A stretch of DNA of 63,705 nt, counting the filler, from Octopus bimaculoides (Eukaryota): NCBI RefSeq assembly GCF_001194135.2. It is 7 parts of 7 records of this genome, joined end to end, with 100 filler letters (N's around TTAATTAATTAA, not from the genome) between each part and the next. Parts side by side here need not be neighbours in the genome. Positions count along the whole stretch, not along the records: positions 35,146 to 40,086 come from NC_069007.1; positions 40,187 to 52,377 come from NC_068993.1; 5 more parts are not named here. One strand, 5' to 3'. Each line of letters begins with the position of its first letter. Position 1 is the first letter of the stretch. Below, one piece after another: positions 37,659 through 50,856 of the stretch. The translations under genes were made by a program, and so were the position numbers. The notes under the pieces are model-generated. The model made no database searches. It was given only the letters and a program-made list of their open reading frames with translations, and was not told the origin of the DNA.

Positions 37659-38739
37659 ATATATGAATATATATATATATTTATATATATATATATATAT
37701 ATATATNNNNNNNNNNNNNNNNNNNNNNNNNNNNNNNNNNNNNNNNNNNNNNNNNNNNNNNNNNNNNNNNNNNNNNNNNNNNNNNNNNNNNNNNNNNNNN
37801 NNNNNNNNNNNNNNNNNNNNNNNNNNNNNNNNNNNNNNNNNNNNNNNNNNNNNNNNNNNNNNNNNNNNNNNNNNNNNNNNNNNNNNNNNNNNNNNNNNNN
37901 NNNNNNNNNNNNNNNNNNNNNNNNNNNNNNNNNNNNNNNNNNNNNNNNNNNNNNNNNNNNNNNNNNNNNNNNNNNNNNNNNNNNNNNNNNNNNNNNNNNN
38001 NNNNNNNNNNNNNNNNNNNNNNNNNNNNNNNNNNNNNNNNNNNNNNNNNNNNNNNNNNNNNNNNNNNNNNNNNNNNNNNNNNNNNNNNNNNNNNNNNNNN
38101 NNNNNNNNNNNNNNNNNNNNNNNNNNNNNNNNNNNNNNNNNNNNNNNNNNNNNNNNNNNNNNNNNNNNNNNNNNNNNNNNNNNNNNNNNNNNNNNNNNNN
38201 NNNNNNNNNNNNNNNNNNNNNNNNNNNNNNNNNNNNNNNNNNNNNNNNNNNNNNNNNNNNNNNNNCACACACAATATTCATTAGGATTATGGGTGCTCAA
38301 ATTTGAAAAATATTATATTGAATAAATTATATTTTCAATTAAAATGCGATATTTCGCAAGAAATTACTGGATAATAAATGTATAAAATTAATGCTTATTA
38401 CCATAATAATTACATCTTTTAATTAATTGCTCGATCGTGCATCTCCTTAGTCAATATAATTTCTGCTGTATGTACATTAATGCTTGATATATACATTTAT
38501 ATTTAGTCTTCTGGTCTGTTCTGTCAATGAAATTGTTTCACGTCTAATAAGCAAACGGTATTAGCTACATAATAGCCAAAACGTAGAACAGCCTTGCTTT
38601 ACCGAGATTAGCTGTTTTGCTGCTGACTATGAATTCTGTAGTTGCCTAGCGAAGTAGCCCCTCACATCTTGAGCTGTAGTATAAGTCTTTACTAGGTCGC
38701 TAGATTGTTTCAAGATATTTGTTTCACGTTATGAAACAT

Positions 38740-38910
38740 GGCCAGCAATTTCGGTGAAGGTAGCATGTCGATTAGATCAACACCAATGTTTAACTCGTAC
38801 TTACGTTATTGACCCCAAAAGGACGAAAGAGCCAAAGTCGACCTTTGAACGAAGAACGTAATGACGAACGAAACGCCGTCAAGCATTTTGCCCGACATGC
38901 TAACGAGCAA
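38740..38910 (-). mobile_element. SINE family A
   Basis: TTGACCCCAAAAGGACGAAAGAGCCAAAGTCGACC...AAGCATTTTGCCCGACATGCTAACG. Confidence 0.75.
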
Positions 38911-39099
38911 CGTCCAGAACATAAAGACCAATGAAAGACCGTTGAGTATTCTGCCGGCTGTGCCAATGGTTTTGTCATTTCACTGTCTTAAAGCCAAATT
39001 GTCTTTGGCTGGGCTTGGGGTGAGCACAAATTACGAATGACGCTGCGTCCGAGACTCTAACGATTCTTTCAATGAGATTGTTTAAAAATATTGATTTCA

Positions 39100-39290
39100 G
39101 ATTTTCAGACAAGGCCAGCAGATGTCTGATGTGGATTAAATCGGTTATATCGATTCTAGTGCGAAATCGATCATGAAAGCATGAATTAGGCAAAGTCGAA
39201 CTTGAGGGAATTTGAACTCGGAACGTAGACAGACGAAATGTCGCTAAGCATATTGCTTGGCGTGCTAACGTTTCTCCGAACACATCGCTT
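39100..39290 (-). mobile_element. SINE family A
   Basis: GGCAAAGTCGAACTTGAGGGAATTTGAACTCGGAACGTA...GCTAAGCAT..GCGTGCTAACG. Confidence 0.75.
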
Positions 39291-39879
39291 TAATGCAATA
39301 TTCGCGGGATATTTTCGAGAATATAATGAGCCGGAAAATTTACGATGCTGTCAATAAAATTGTTTAAGAAAAGCTGCAACGAATTTGCTTCACGTTAAAT
39401 AAGCACAATATATAAGCTCTACACACGAGCAAAGACATAGAAGAGCTTCTTCTGGCTGAGATAATTCTATGGCTGCTCTCATATGACGACGCTTCTTAAG
39501 GGTGTTTGCGGAAGCACCTCTTTATATCGTCGAGCCCTCGAATACAGTATAACTGGTTTGCCTGATTGGGTAGAAACAGCAGAATTTCTTTTGCATTAAA
39601 GGGCAGACGTTATAAGCTAATTAATAGCCAAGACATACAAGAGTCTCGGTGAATATGGTTTCGAAGATTGCCTACAGAAGCAACCCTCTATGCTGCCGTC
39701 AAGCGGGCGAATAATGTCCTAGATTATTGCTTGATTCATACAAAACAGGAATCATGTCTCCGTGAAATCAACATTTTAAAATAATCACATTGTCAAAATC
39801 GTCAGAGTCTCGAACAGAATGCATTTCGCAATTTCTTCTCAGTTCATACCCAGTCAAAGACCAGTTTGCTTTAAGCCGA

Positions 39880-40050
39880 CGAACGGACAGAACCATTAGC
39901 ATGGGGGCGGAATACTTAGAGGCATTTCGTACGCCTTTACGTACTGGACATTGCTCGTAGGCAAATCGGGAAAAATCAGTTCAAAATCAAGCAAAGCTAG
40001 CTGTGACTCCTTTATTATTTCAGGGTCGATAAAATAAGTGCTATAGCCTT
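39880..40050 (+). mobile_element. SINE family A, rearranged
   Basis: CAGAACCATTAGCATG...CAGTTCAAAATC...CAGGGTCGATAAAATAAGT. Confidence 0.6.
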
Positions 40051-40314
40051 ACATCCTTCTTGCTTACGTATATAATACATATATATNNNNNNNNNNNNNN
40101 NNNNNNNNNNNNNNNNNNNNNNNNNNNNNNTTAATTAATTAANNNNNNNNNNNNNNNNNNNNNNNNNNNNNNNNNNNNNNNNNNNNATATATGTAGATAT
40201 ATGTATGTATATATCATTGTCCTCATCTTTGTTGTCACCATCGTCATTGTTAACATCGGTAGCAGCATCATCAGCATCTTCATTTTATGTTTGTGGGGGG
40301 GGGGTACTTTACAG

Positions 40315-40399
40315 CGGCAGAATCCACAAAATTTTTTGCATATACTGAAAAATCTTCTCAATGTGGAAATTGATGAGATAAACATTACCTTAAGTGAAG
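40315..40399 (+). CDS. Candidate exon of an unidentified gene: RQNPQNFLHILKNLLNVEIDEINITLSE
   Basis: tactttacag acceptor, G|GTGAGC donor, open frame, phase 0 to 1. Confidence 0.5.
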
Positions 40400-40491
40400 G
40401 TGAGCAACATGAACGGCATCCAGCCGTAGAAGACTGGCACAAAGCAACTCACCTAACTCATGCCAACATAGTAAAATCAGACGTAAATTTT

Positions 40492-40529
<38 letters not shown>

Positions 40530-42319
40530 TCTGTTTAACCAGAAGCTCACGAAAATGCAGGTATTAACATTAGTTATACAAGCATAATTTTGCTGTCATA
40601 ATGGTTTTTTGTTGTTTTTTTTACAAGTTATTATTGCTTTACAACATTTTAGCTGCACCTAAGCGCTGTATACAATAAATATATTGTTATTATAACATTC
40701 ATAGGTAATGTTTGATGTTGAAATAATAACATGAAATTATAATAACGTGATTATCTATACCATCTTTATATTGTTACATGTAATGGGGCCATTAATATAA
40801 CTTCAGCAGCAATGGCAACGGTAGCAGCAGTGGCAGTCATCATTATCATAGTTACATTGTCATAGTAGCAGTAGTTGAAATGATGGTAGAAAAATTACTA
40901 ACAGAAAACGAGTTTTAGCAATGATTAAAATGACGATGATGATGATGATGATGATAATGATGATGATGATGATGATGATGATGATGGTAATGGTGTTGGT
41001 GGTAGTGGTAATGATGATGACGATAACGGTGNNNNNNNNNNNNNNNNNNNNNNNNNNNNNNNNNNNNNNNNNNNNNNNNNNNNNNNNNNNNNNNNNNNNN
41101 NNNNNNNNNNNNNNNNNNNNNNNNNNNNNNNNNNNNNNNNNNNNNNNNNNNNNNNNNNNNNNNNNNNNNNNNNNNNNNNNNNNNNNNNNNNNNNNNNNNN
41201 NNNNNNNNNNNNNNNNNNNNNNNNNNNNNNNNNNNNNNNNNNNNNNNNNNNNNNNNNNNNNNNNNNNNNNNNNNNNNNNNNNNNNNNNNNNNNNNNNNNN
41301 NNNNNNNNNNNNNNNNNNNNNNNNNNNNNNNNNNNNNNNNNNNNNNNNNNNNNNNNNNNNNNNNNNNNNNNNNNNNNNNNNNNNNNNNNNNNNNNNNNNN
41401 NNNNNNNNNNNNNNNNNNNNNNNNNNNNNNNNNNNNNNNNNNNNNNNNNNNNNNNNNNNNNNNNNNNNNNNNNNNNNNNNNNNNNNNNNNNNNNNNNNNN
41501 NNNNNNNNNNNNNNNNNNNNNNNNNNNNNNNNNNNNNNNNNNNNNNNNNNNNNNNNNNNNNNNGAGGGAGAGAGAGATAAAGTGTGAGAGAGAAAGAGGG
41601 AAGAAGAAAGAAAGGAGAAAAGAAAGAAAGAAAGAATAGAAAAATAAAAGCCATTTGATAAAAGACTTTTAATCTTATTAGATAGAATCTCAAAACTTTT
41701 CAAACACAGCTTAAAATTGTTATGAAAATATATTTAAAAATAAAAAAAAAGTACGTTTTAATATAAAGCAACACTTAGGAGAAAAACAAATAAAATGAAA
41801 CATAAGATAAACAACAGCATTAACATAAACTCTATAACAGCCATCATCATCATCAACAACAACAAATACTACTATGAAACAGGCATAGTATTTAAAATCA
41901 GCGCTTAAATCAATTTTATATCCAAGTTACTAAAATTCTTGATGGAAATAAAAATTTTTAAAAAAAATAATAATTAAATCAATAAATATAAACATAGATT
42001 AAAATATGTTATAAAAACAAATATGGAAAAATAATAAAATTTAAAAAAATAATAATAATAAAATGCAAAATAGTGTTAAAAGAAAATAAATGAAATCAAA
42101 GAATTATTACCAAAAAAAAATGGAAAAATATCTTTGATAATCTGCAGTTTATTCCATGAAGTCCATCCTTTACTGATAATTCATTTGATACTTATGGAAA
42201 CTTTCAAATGTGGATTCCACTTATTTGCTTTATATTGTGAATTAGAAGACTTGTTAATATCATTATGTTATCGTTATTACTAGTGTTGTTGTTGTTGTTG
42301 TTGTTGTTGTTGCTGCTGC

Positions 42320-42460
42320 TAAGGTGGCGAGCTGGCAGAATCGTTAGAACACCAGACAATGTGTTTGACAACATTTCTTCTAGCTTTACATTCCCAGTTC
42401 AAATGCTGCTGAGGTTGGTTTTGCCTTTCATCCTTTCAAAGTCAATAACATAAAGCATCA
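42320..42460 (+). mobile_element. SINE family A, CpG-depleted
   Basis: GGTGGCGAGCTGGCAGAATCGTTAG...CAGTTCAAATGCTGCTGAGG..TTTGCCTTTCATCCTTTC. Confidence 0.85.
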
Positions 42461-42469
42461 AACAAGAAC

Positions 42470-42825
42470 TTTTTTCTTGATCATCTCTGACAACTATATC
42501 CGGTCTATTAGCCTTGATTTCTCTCTATGTATTGGCATATCCCAATATTGCTTTGTCATTTTCTGAGACCTTTTCTGAGGTGTGCCTCTATCATCTTTTT
42601 ACTCTCATTATTCCATAGTGTTGGCATAGCTGCCAGTGTATATAGGTCCCAACTCTGTTATGTCTCTGAATATATTCCTTCATAGCCAGGACTGGGCAGC
42701 CAGAGACAATATGATTTATTGTTTCTTCCTCATCACCACATATTCTGCGGTTAGTTATTGTATTTTTCTCCATTATGTGTTTTTGGTGATTTATGGTTGG
42801 GGAGGGGCTTTGAGCTTGGGCTGCA
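42470..42825 (-). mobile_element. R4/Dong-type fragment (CCHC knuckle plus start of RLE), 5' joined to (AAT)n
   Basis: Minus strand RICGDEEETINHIVSGCPVLAMKEYIQRHNRVGTYIHWQLCQHYG ... IKANRPDIVVRD. Confidence 0.88.
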
Positions 42826-42860
<35 letters not shown>

Positions 42861-42862
42861 CA

Positions 42863-42926
<64 letters not shown>

Positions 42927-43655
42927 CATCATCATTAATACTATTATCATTATTATTATTATTATTCAAACCTTTCCTTGATATCTGTTGTATTTACACC
43001 CTCCCCCCACATCACCAAGACACTTGCGGTAGGTAACAGATATCATGTTCTTAATGCACTGGATGATTATACGATACAAAGAAATACCTGGAATGGATAA
43101 ATTTTTTTAAATAGCATGTGTACCTGTAAGTGCTCGATAAAAATGTTATGAAACAATGAAATTAAAAAGTGAATGTAGAAGTACTCTTTGTAAAACGTGC
43201 ACAGTGTCCATTGTTCTTATTTTCTGTATTTAAGCAAGTTTTGTTTTTCTTGCAATCATGTCTATGAATTTTTCTCTTCTTTTCCTTCATATTTCTTTCT
43301 TTACTTTATTATTATTATTATTATTATTATTATTGTTGTTATCGTTGTCATTTTAGCAAATGGTTGGCAAAATACCATAAGGCACATTTTTGTTGTTTGT
43401 TTGAGAATTCAGCCTAATTATTTTTTTGTATTGTTGCTGTTGTTTTCTATGAACAAATATGATCAAATCTATGTTTAGATGATATTTTCTTCAAGAATGA
43501 ATTTTTGAAAAAATTTTTAGTTTCTTTCGCAAACAAAGATCTTTAGAAAATTGAAATGACAATTTAAATTCCCCAGAAAAGAACTTTCATTTTGGGGAAT
43601 TTTATTGTGTTTATAAATAAATTTTTTCAAACATCTAAATTTGTTTTGTTTTTAG

Positions 43656-43765
43656 TGATTCAGCATGGTCACCTGTGGGAAAACAGGGAGAGGCGCTAAT
43701 TCCAAGTCATTGAACCAAATACACTTCCTCATCATAAGAATCTTTTCATTTTTGAAAATTCTGAC
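43656..43765 (+). CDS. Candidate exon (V)IQHGHLWENRERR*FQVIEPNTLPHHKNLFIFENSD, one in-frame TAA
   Basis: Strong acceptor ttgttttgtttttag, donor C|GTAAGA, phase 1 to 0; TAA at 43697-43699. Confidence 0.4.
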
Positions 43766-43945
43766 GTAAGATTAAAATGTAAGTTGAAAAATGACAATTA
43801 AACCAGCAGACAACCAGACACAGTTCTGACCACTGACAGTCACAATTTGATCAACCAAACTGCAAGCTTAAATAATAACGAGGAAATTATCAATAAACAA
43901 TAACAGCAACTCACCCATTGCTGTTTTTACTCACTAAAACATCAG

Positions 43946-44028
43946 TCAACTCCAAGCAAAGGAAAAACTCAGCAGGTGTATGTTACAAAAGAGAATTTCT
44001 CCTTGCCTGATGAATTTATCCAGGGAAG
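43946..44028 (+). CDS. Candidate exon STPSKGKTQQVYVTKENFSLPDEFIQG
   Basis: Acceptor tttttactcactaaaacatcag, weak donor AG|GTGGCA, open, phase 0 to 2. Confidence 0.4.
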
Positions 44029-44499
44029 GTGGCATAATTCTATTTTTCATTAAATAGAATGAGTTTCCAAATGTGTATGAAAGAGTTAATAGTCGATTTG
44101 TGACAGAGTGAGTGCTCCATCAATCAATGCGGAATGTAAGAAAGTATATGCATGGTTTGTAGAACCAAAGAAAAATTACACTCTTTCTTCTACTCACTTT
44201 CTCTAGATTATGCTTGTAATTGTATGGTCAAGCTTTCAGATATACTGTCATACTGCTTTGACCCTGATGATTATATAAATACTACACGTATCTGAAGAAT
44301 GCTCAACCACTTACACACTAATTTCCTGAGTGGGCATCAAGTTGTTTTAACAGCTAATTACTCAGCATTGAAACTGAATGAGATTCTACAAAAATGCAGA
44401 GGATTTGCTGCAAGTAGAATACCATTGCACATCAGGATTGGTCAAATATAGTCATATATATACATTTATGCATTCACAAACCACATAGCACCAATGCAC

Positions 44500-44880
44500 A
44501 CAAATGCACACAATACACATAAATGCATGTAGCTTACACACATACACACATCATATTACTTGCATACAGGCTGGCTACTCACGTACATGTACATTACACA
44601 TACGCACGTTATTTGCATGCATGCACACTGCTCAATACACATGCATACTACTCACATGCATTCGCATTATTTGCACGCATGCATGCGCATTAGCCACACA
44701 TGTTCATATCACTTACACACATACACAGCTCTGGCATACATGCCCTTATATGCACCCATGCATGCACATTCACATTACATATGCTCATGTACACTGCTCA
44801 CAGACACATGCATATTACATGCACTCATGCACTCTGCTAACCACACACATGCACATTAGCACATTCCTCACAGACACACA
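44500..44880. repeat. Cryptic CA/TGCA low-complexity satellite
   Basis: Direct; CACATGCAT-like units give the His-rich ORFs. Confidence 0.8.
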
Positions 44881-45207
44881 TAATAAAGTACACTACAAGA
44901 TAAGCGCAGAAACAAGCACCAGATGCAGCCATTTCTAGGTTTAGTTCTTTGATCACTGAGCGACAGATCTATATCTGTTAAGAGCAATAAGTAGAAATTG
45001 GAATTTATGAAAACATTGAGGTTATTTTGCATGACTCATATGAAATGGAACCGAAACGAGTTCTTGGGTATTTGGGGAGGGGGGAGGGGCACGAGTAATG
45101 GATTTAGCAGGGAAGAACATTCGGCAGTGCAAAAGTTAATACATGTTTATTTTCTGTTTCTCATTCCATGTAATTGATATTTTTTCATATACATCTACAT
45201 ATATGTG

Positions 45208-45248
<41 letters not shown>

Positions 45249-45689
45249 AATTCTGTTATATATATATAAATATATAATAAATTCTATGTATATATATATA
45301 TAAATATATATAGACAGATAGATAGATATGTATGTATACATATATATACATATTAGTGTGTGGTGTGTATGTGATGAAGTTTAATAGTTCATAAATAGAA
45401 TAATAATACATCAGAGACTATATGCACATAAACATAAAATTATAGTGCATATATGTTTTTTTACATTCTACTTCCATTCAATATATTATCCTCATCATCA
45501 TCGTCATCTTCGTCACCTCCACCAACACCACCATCATCATCGTCATCGTCATCATCATCATCATCATCACCATCGTTGTCATCATCGTCATTCCCTTGTC
45601 ATCGTCATCATCATCATCATCATCATCATCATCACCATCGTTGTCATCATCGCCATTCCCTTGTCATCGTCATCATCATCATCATTTTA

Positions 45690-46880
45690 ACGTTCACGTT
45701 TCCTTATCTGCACAGATCAGATGGAACTGTGAATGTGGTACATGCTTTAAGGTTTCCACCAACCAATAATTTTTTCATGCCATCATCACTAAACAAGGTA
45801 CCACTCAGGATTCTGAGAGTCCTGTCTGTCTTCATTTGAGCTGATTACCTCACTCTAGTAATTACCCTCACAAGAAACGGAGACACAAGAGCGATCAGAT
45901 TAAGGACAAATGAGTAAGAATGAAATAAAAGTTTTATGTGAAAAGACCTAACTTCTAGAGAAGTTTGTCCAGTAAAACCTGAGAGGATCCCCTCTATTGA
46001 CATGGTGGATTCTGCATCAAACACCAACCTAGTATTTGCTGGTAGGTGGGTGAGGAGTCCACTCGAGGAAGCTGCTGGTCAGAGTTATTAGAAATTTAAA
46101 AGGCATCAAGAACTGTCATTTGGAATGGAGTTTATTCATAGAGATTGAAGAGTGAGCGAGGTAGCCATCATGATAAGAATACTTGGAACCATCTCAAAGA
46201 ACATTATAACCTGACACAAGAAGTTGGAACTATCAGATATCACAAGGATGATGTATTCCTCCTCATACACAAAAGTTTCGAAATAGTGTCAAACAAGGAA
46301 CCCCACAGATCTAGGATTGCCCTCATCCAACTTTTGTTCTCCAGTCTGCAGATTAATACTTAGAGTAGTTCCATTCACTCTGACCGTTTTTGCCATAATC
46401 GCCCACATTTTGACAAATTCTCTGAAAAAGAACTCTCCTCTCTTCACCCTCAATTTTCTTCCCAAGTGGAACTTCAATGGTTAATGAGGGACTGACCAAA
46501 GAGGTGTCAACCCTCAATTCTTCCAGCCCTGTCTATCACACACCTTCTTACTGTATATCCAGCAGATAAAATAAAACTATCTTTCCAGCCTTATTAAAGG
46601 ACATTAGGAAAATCTTCATACTGGCCTTGACCAATGGCCAGATCTATCCTTCATGCAGCAAATGGTGCTCACCACAACTTTCCGAATCAACCATGTTTAG
46701 CATCAGAGACACCTTTAGAATCTTAAACTTTTGATGCCCTTTGGTAATACTGCTCAGCCATGAATTTGTGGAAGTTACTCATAGGGAGGGGGCGGGGGGG
46801 GGAGATCCCAAATGCAAAATTCTTCCAGAACAGATCAGTGACTTAATCCACATGACCTTCATGTACATTTTCCCCAATGG
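45690..46880 (-). mobile_element. Probable L1/Tx1-type LINE 3' fragment (decayed ORF2 end plus 3' region)
   Basis: Minus strand LFWKNF..NFHKFMAEQYY..IWPLVKASM..FHLGRKLRVKR..EFVKMW..RVNGTTLSINL; terminates in (GAT)n. The clade call is tentative. Confidence 0.5.
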
Positions 46881-47659
46881 CTTTATCACTCAATAACATC
46901 ATCATCATCATCATTCTCAACGACGACAACAACAACAACAACAACAATAGTAATAACAATAACAATAATAATAATGAAAATAATAATAATAATAATTTCT
47001 TCTACATCCTATTCNNNNNNNNNNNNNNNNNNNNNNNNNNNNNNNNNNNNNNNNNNNNNNNNNNNNNNNNNNNNNNNNNNNNNNNNNNNNNNNNNNNNNN
47101 NNNNNNNNNNNNNNNNNNNNNNNNNNNNNNNNNNNNNNNNNNNNNNNNNNNNNNNNNNNNNNNNNNNNNNNNNNNNNNNNNNNNNNNNNNNNNNNNNNNN
47201 NNNNNNNNNNNNNNNNNNNNNNNNNNNNNNNNNNNNNNNNNNNNNNNNNNNNNNNNNNNNNNNNNNNNNNNNNNNNNNNNNNNNNNNNNNNNNNNNNNNN
47301 NNNNNNNNNNNNNNNNNNNNNNNNNNNNNNNNNNNNNNNNNNNNNNNNNNNNNNNNNNNNNNNNNNNNNNNNNNNNNNNNNNNNNNNNNNNNNNNNNNNN
47401 NNNNNNNNNNNNNNNNNNNATGTATATGTATATATATATATTTATATGTATGTATGTATATGTATATATATATATTTATATGTATGTATGTATATGTATA
47501 TATATATATTTATATGTATGTATGTATATGTATATATATATATTTATATGTATGTATGTATATGTATATATAATTGCGTATGTAAAAGAGATGGAAAGGG
47601 AGAGGAAAAGAGGGGGAGGGAGAGAGATGGTGCGTTATGATATTACTGTATTTTGTCAG

Positions 47660-47772
47660 TCCCCAGGCGTTCCATGCATGCAAGGGACTTATTTTACAGT
47701 CCATTGAATATTCAGCGAAAGTAGGCTTGCCCATCCATTGCCATTGTGTGTATTGTCCCAAGAGTCAAATGT
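47660..47772 (+). CDS. Candidate exon (S)[37 protein letters not shown]
   Basis: Acceptor ttactgtattttgtcag, consensus donor T|GTAAGT, open, phase 2 to 1. Confidence 0.55.
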
Positions 47773-47847
47773 GTAAGTCCACTGATGACTCACCAGCATC
47801 ACATGTGTGTGCGTGTATCTGTGTGTATGTGTGTGTGTGTGTGAGTT

Positions 47848-47890
<43 letters not shown>

Positions 47891-48774
47891 NNNNNNNNNN
47901 NNNNNNNNNNNNNNNNNNNNNNNNNNNNNNNNNNNNNNNNNNNNNNNNNNNNNNNNNNNNNNNNNNNNNNNNNNNNNNNNNNNNNNNNNNNNNNNNNNNN
48001 NNNNNNNNNNNNNNNNNNNNNNNNNNNNNNNNNNNNNNNNNNNNNNNNNNNNNNNNNNNNNNNNNNNNNNNNNNNNNNNNNNNNNNNNNNNNNNNNNNNN
48101 NNNNNNNNNNNNNNNNNNNNNNNNNNNNNNNNNNNNNNNNNNNNNNNNNNNNNNNNNNNNNNNNNNNNNNNNNNNNNNNNNNNNNNNNNNNNNNNNNNNN
48201 NNNNNNNNNNNNNNNNNNNNNNNNNNNNNNNNNNNNNNNNNNNNNNNNNNNNNNNNNNNNNNNNNNNNNNNNNNNNNNNNNNNNNNNNNNNNNNNNNNNN
48301 NNNNNNNNNNNNNNNNNNNNNNNNNNNNNNNNNNNNNNNNNNNNNNNNNNNNNNNNNNNNNNNNNNNNNNNNNNNNNNNNNNNNNNNNNNNNNNNNNNNN
48401 NNNNNNNNNNNNNNNNNNNNNNNNNNNNNNNNNNNNNNNNNNNNNNNNNNNNNNNNNNNNNNNNNNNNNNNNNNNNNNNNNNNNNNNNNNNNNNNNNNNN
48501 NNNNNNNNNNNNNNNNNNNNNNNNNNNNNNNNNNNNNNNNNNNNNNNNNNNNNNNNNNNNNNNNNNNNNNNNNNNNNNNNNNNNNNNNNNNNNNNNNNNN
48601 NNNNNNNNNNNNNNNNNNNNNNNNNNNNNNNTGTGTAAGTATTTGTACATGTAGACTGAGAGAGAAATAAAAAAAAGTGTTGTGTCTCTATGGTACAGAA
48701 GCAGGATAATATAGAAGTTGTGACAGTTGGAGACAGATAAGATATCAGAGTTGCCATCTACTCATTTTAGTACA

Positions 48775-48862
<88 letters not shown>

Positions 48863-48897
48863 CACATGCAGAGTTTGACCAAACCTGTTCCTGCTAG

Positions 48898-48959
48898 GAA
48901 TCAACCATGTCGAAAATGAAAGAATGCCATTAACTATTCATGTAGCCCACTTGTTTATG
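48898..48959 (+). CDS. Candidate exon (G)INHVENERMPLTIHVAHLFM
   Basis: Acceptor cctgttcctgctag, donor G|GTGAAT, open, phase 1 to 0. Direct splicing from 47772 would create TGA, so it needs an exon hidden in the gap at 47891-48630. Confidence 0.3.
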
Positions 48960-49234
48960 GTGAATGACACTCAACATTTTATTGAATTTTCGCTTCTAGT
49001 ATTTGTCCCAAAAGTCACTGAATTGTTTCCGCAGTCCCCATTCAATATTGTTGTGGATTATGTATGATGTTATATTTAAATAATAGGAGATGTAAGTTCA
49101 ACCTCTAGCTAATTCCAATAAATGTACTTTGAAAGGGACAGATTATCTGTTGCTGTCCCTTTTTTTTGTATCCTCTACACAACAACTTGTTACTTAAATG
49201 CAGATTATGTGTTTGTGTGTGTGTATGTGTGTGT

Positions 49235-49622
49235 AGGTGCGGGAGTGGCTGTGTGGTACGTAGCTTACTTCTCAATCACATGGTTCCTAGTTCAGTCCCA
49301 CTGTGTGGCACTTTGGGCAAGTGTCTTCTACTATAGCCTTGGGCCAACCAAAGTATTGTGAGTGGATTAGTAGATGGAAACTGAAAGAAGCCCACCGTAT
49401 ATGTGTGTGTGTGTGTGTGTGTATGTGTGTATGTTTATGTGTCTGTGTTTGTCCCACCGACCATCACTTGAAAACTGATGTCGGTGTGTTTACTTCCCTG
49501 TAACTTAGCGGTTAAGCCAAAGAGACCAATAGAATAAGTACTAGGCTAACAAAAAATAAGTCCTGGGGTCGATTTGTTAGACTAAAGGTGGTGCTCCAGA
49601 ATGGCTGCAGTCAAATGAACTG
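49235..49622 (+). mobile_element. SINE family B, full length, CpG-depleted
   Basis: Collinear with 31775-32200 along its whole length. Confidence 0.92.
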
Positions 49623-49686
49623 ATATACCCTCCAGCCTTCATGAGGTGTCTTGGAGAAATTTCAAAACTGGGTTCTCATTCCTAAG

Positions 49687-49741
<55 letters not shown>

Positions 49742-50448
49742 CATGTTGAAAATGACGATGATGGTGACGATGATGATAGGACGAGGAGGAGAAGGAGGAG
49801 GAGGAGGAGAAGGAGGAGGAGAAGGAGGAGGAGGAGGAGAAGGAGGAGAAGGAGGAAGAGGACAATGGCAAAGCTGAGGATAACGCTGATGATGATGATG
49901 ATGATGACAACTACAATGCATAAAATAAATACACTTTTGTGCGCGCTTTAATTAACTGATGTATTCATTATGTTCTTTTGTGCATTGATTGTGCTATGCG
50001 TATGCACATTAACACATGCACACCTTTTAAATGGAGAGAAAGTACAACTGACATATCTGGCTTCAACGACAATGTGCAACATTGTTATTATCTTCTGAGG
50101 CAATTCAACTTCATTGTCTGATTCTCCACAATATCATTTGTCATTGTTACCATTTTCACAAGCGAAGAATGGTATTCCTGTAAATCTCTGAAATTGCTGA
50201 GATTGCAAGAAAACTGAGGAAGCAATAACATTTCTGTGTCACCTTTGGTTATGCACGTTTATTTAGACATCGGTGCATCGATGACTTTGTGATTAAAAAG
50301 TTACCTTTGGAACCTAATGGTCAGGAGTTCAATTCCCTGTCATGAACATATCTGGCCAGCATTATATATTGTAGTTGTGGATTGACCAATGTCTTGCAAA
50401 TGAAGCTGATAAAAGCCTCTCATGAAATCCTTATGATTAAATTTTCAG

Positions 50449-50529
50449 GGGATAACTGGTTAATTAAGCGTATATTTATATACTTTAGAAAGTTTCTTTC
50501 GTATATGAACTACGTGATTTTTAATGCAG
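50449..50529 (+). CDS. Candidate exon DNWLIKRIFIYFRKFLSYMNYVIFNA
   Basis: attttcag acceptor, G|GTTTAT donor, open, phase 1 to 1; lies between SINE B relics. Confidence 0.25.
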
Positions 50530-50735
50530 GTTTATATGGTAACAAAGTGTTCCTAGGAACTTAATGTATAGAGGTGCAGTACCTCCAATGTGAACATCTC
50601 TGGCTAATACTCTATCCGATATGCATGGATCATGCCATGTCCTGTGAGAGAAACTGATTGGCAGAAACTGAAGGAATGAGTTGCATCGTATTTATCCTTA
50701 TCTTTATGTGTGAACCGACCCTAAACAAACAACAG

Positions 50736-50856
50736 CTTTGTTATCAATACAAAGGTGTCATTTGCCCAGGCTTTTTAAAATGTCTTGAGATGTTGCACAG
50801 TCTTTGCAAGCAAAAAAAGGCTCATGTAAATGGTGTTATTCGTTGCCAGTTTGCAG
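50736..50856 (+). CDS. Candidate exon LCYQYKGVICPGFLKCLEMLHSLCKQKKAHVNGVIRCQFA
   Basis: Open 40 codons; alternative acceptor at 50770; donor G|GTTAAC, phase 1. Confidence 0.4.

Noticed and set aside
50020-50195. Protein-like frames on both strands (RFTGIPFFACE..., WRESTTDISGF...)
   Set aside because: Several frames look equally plausible and none has good splice sites in phase with the exon chain.
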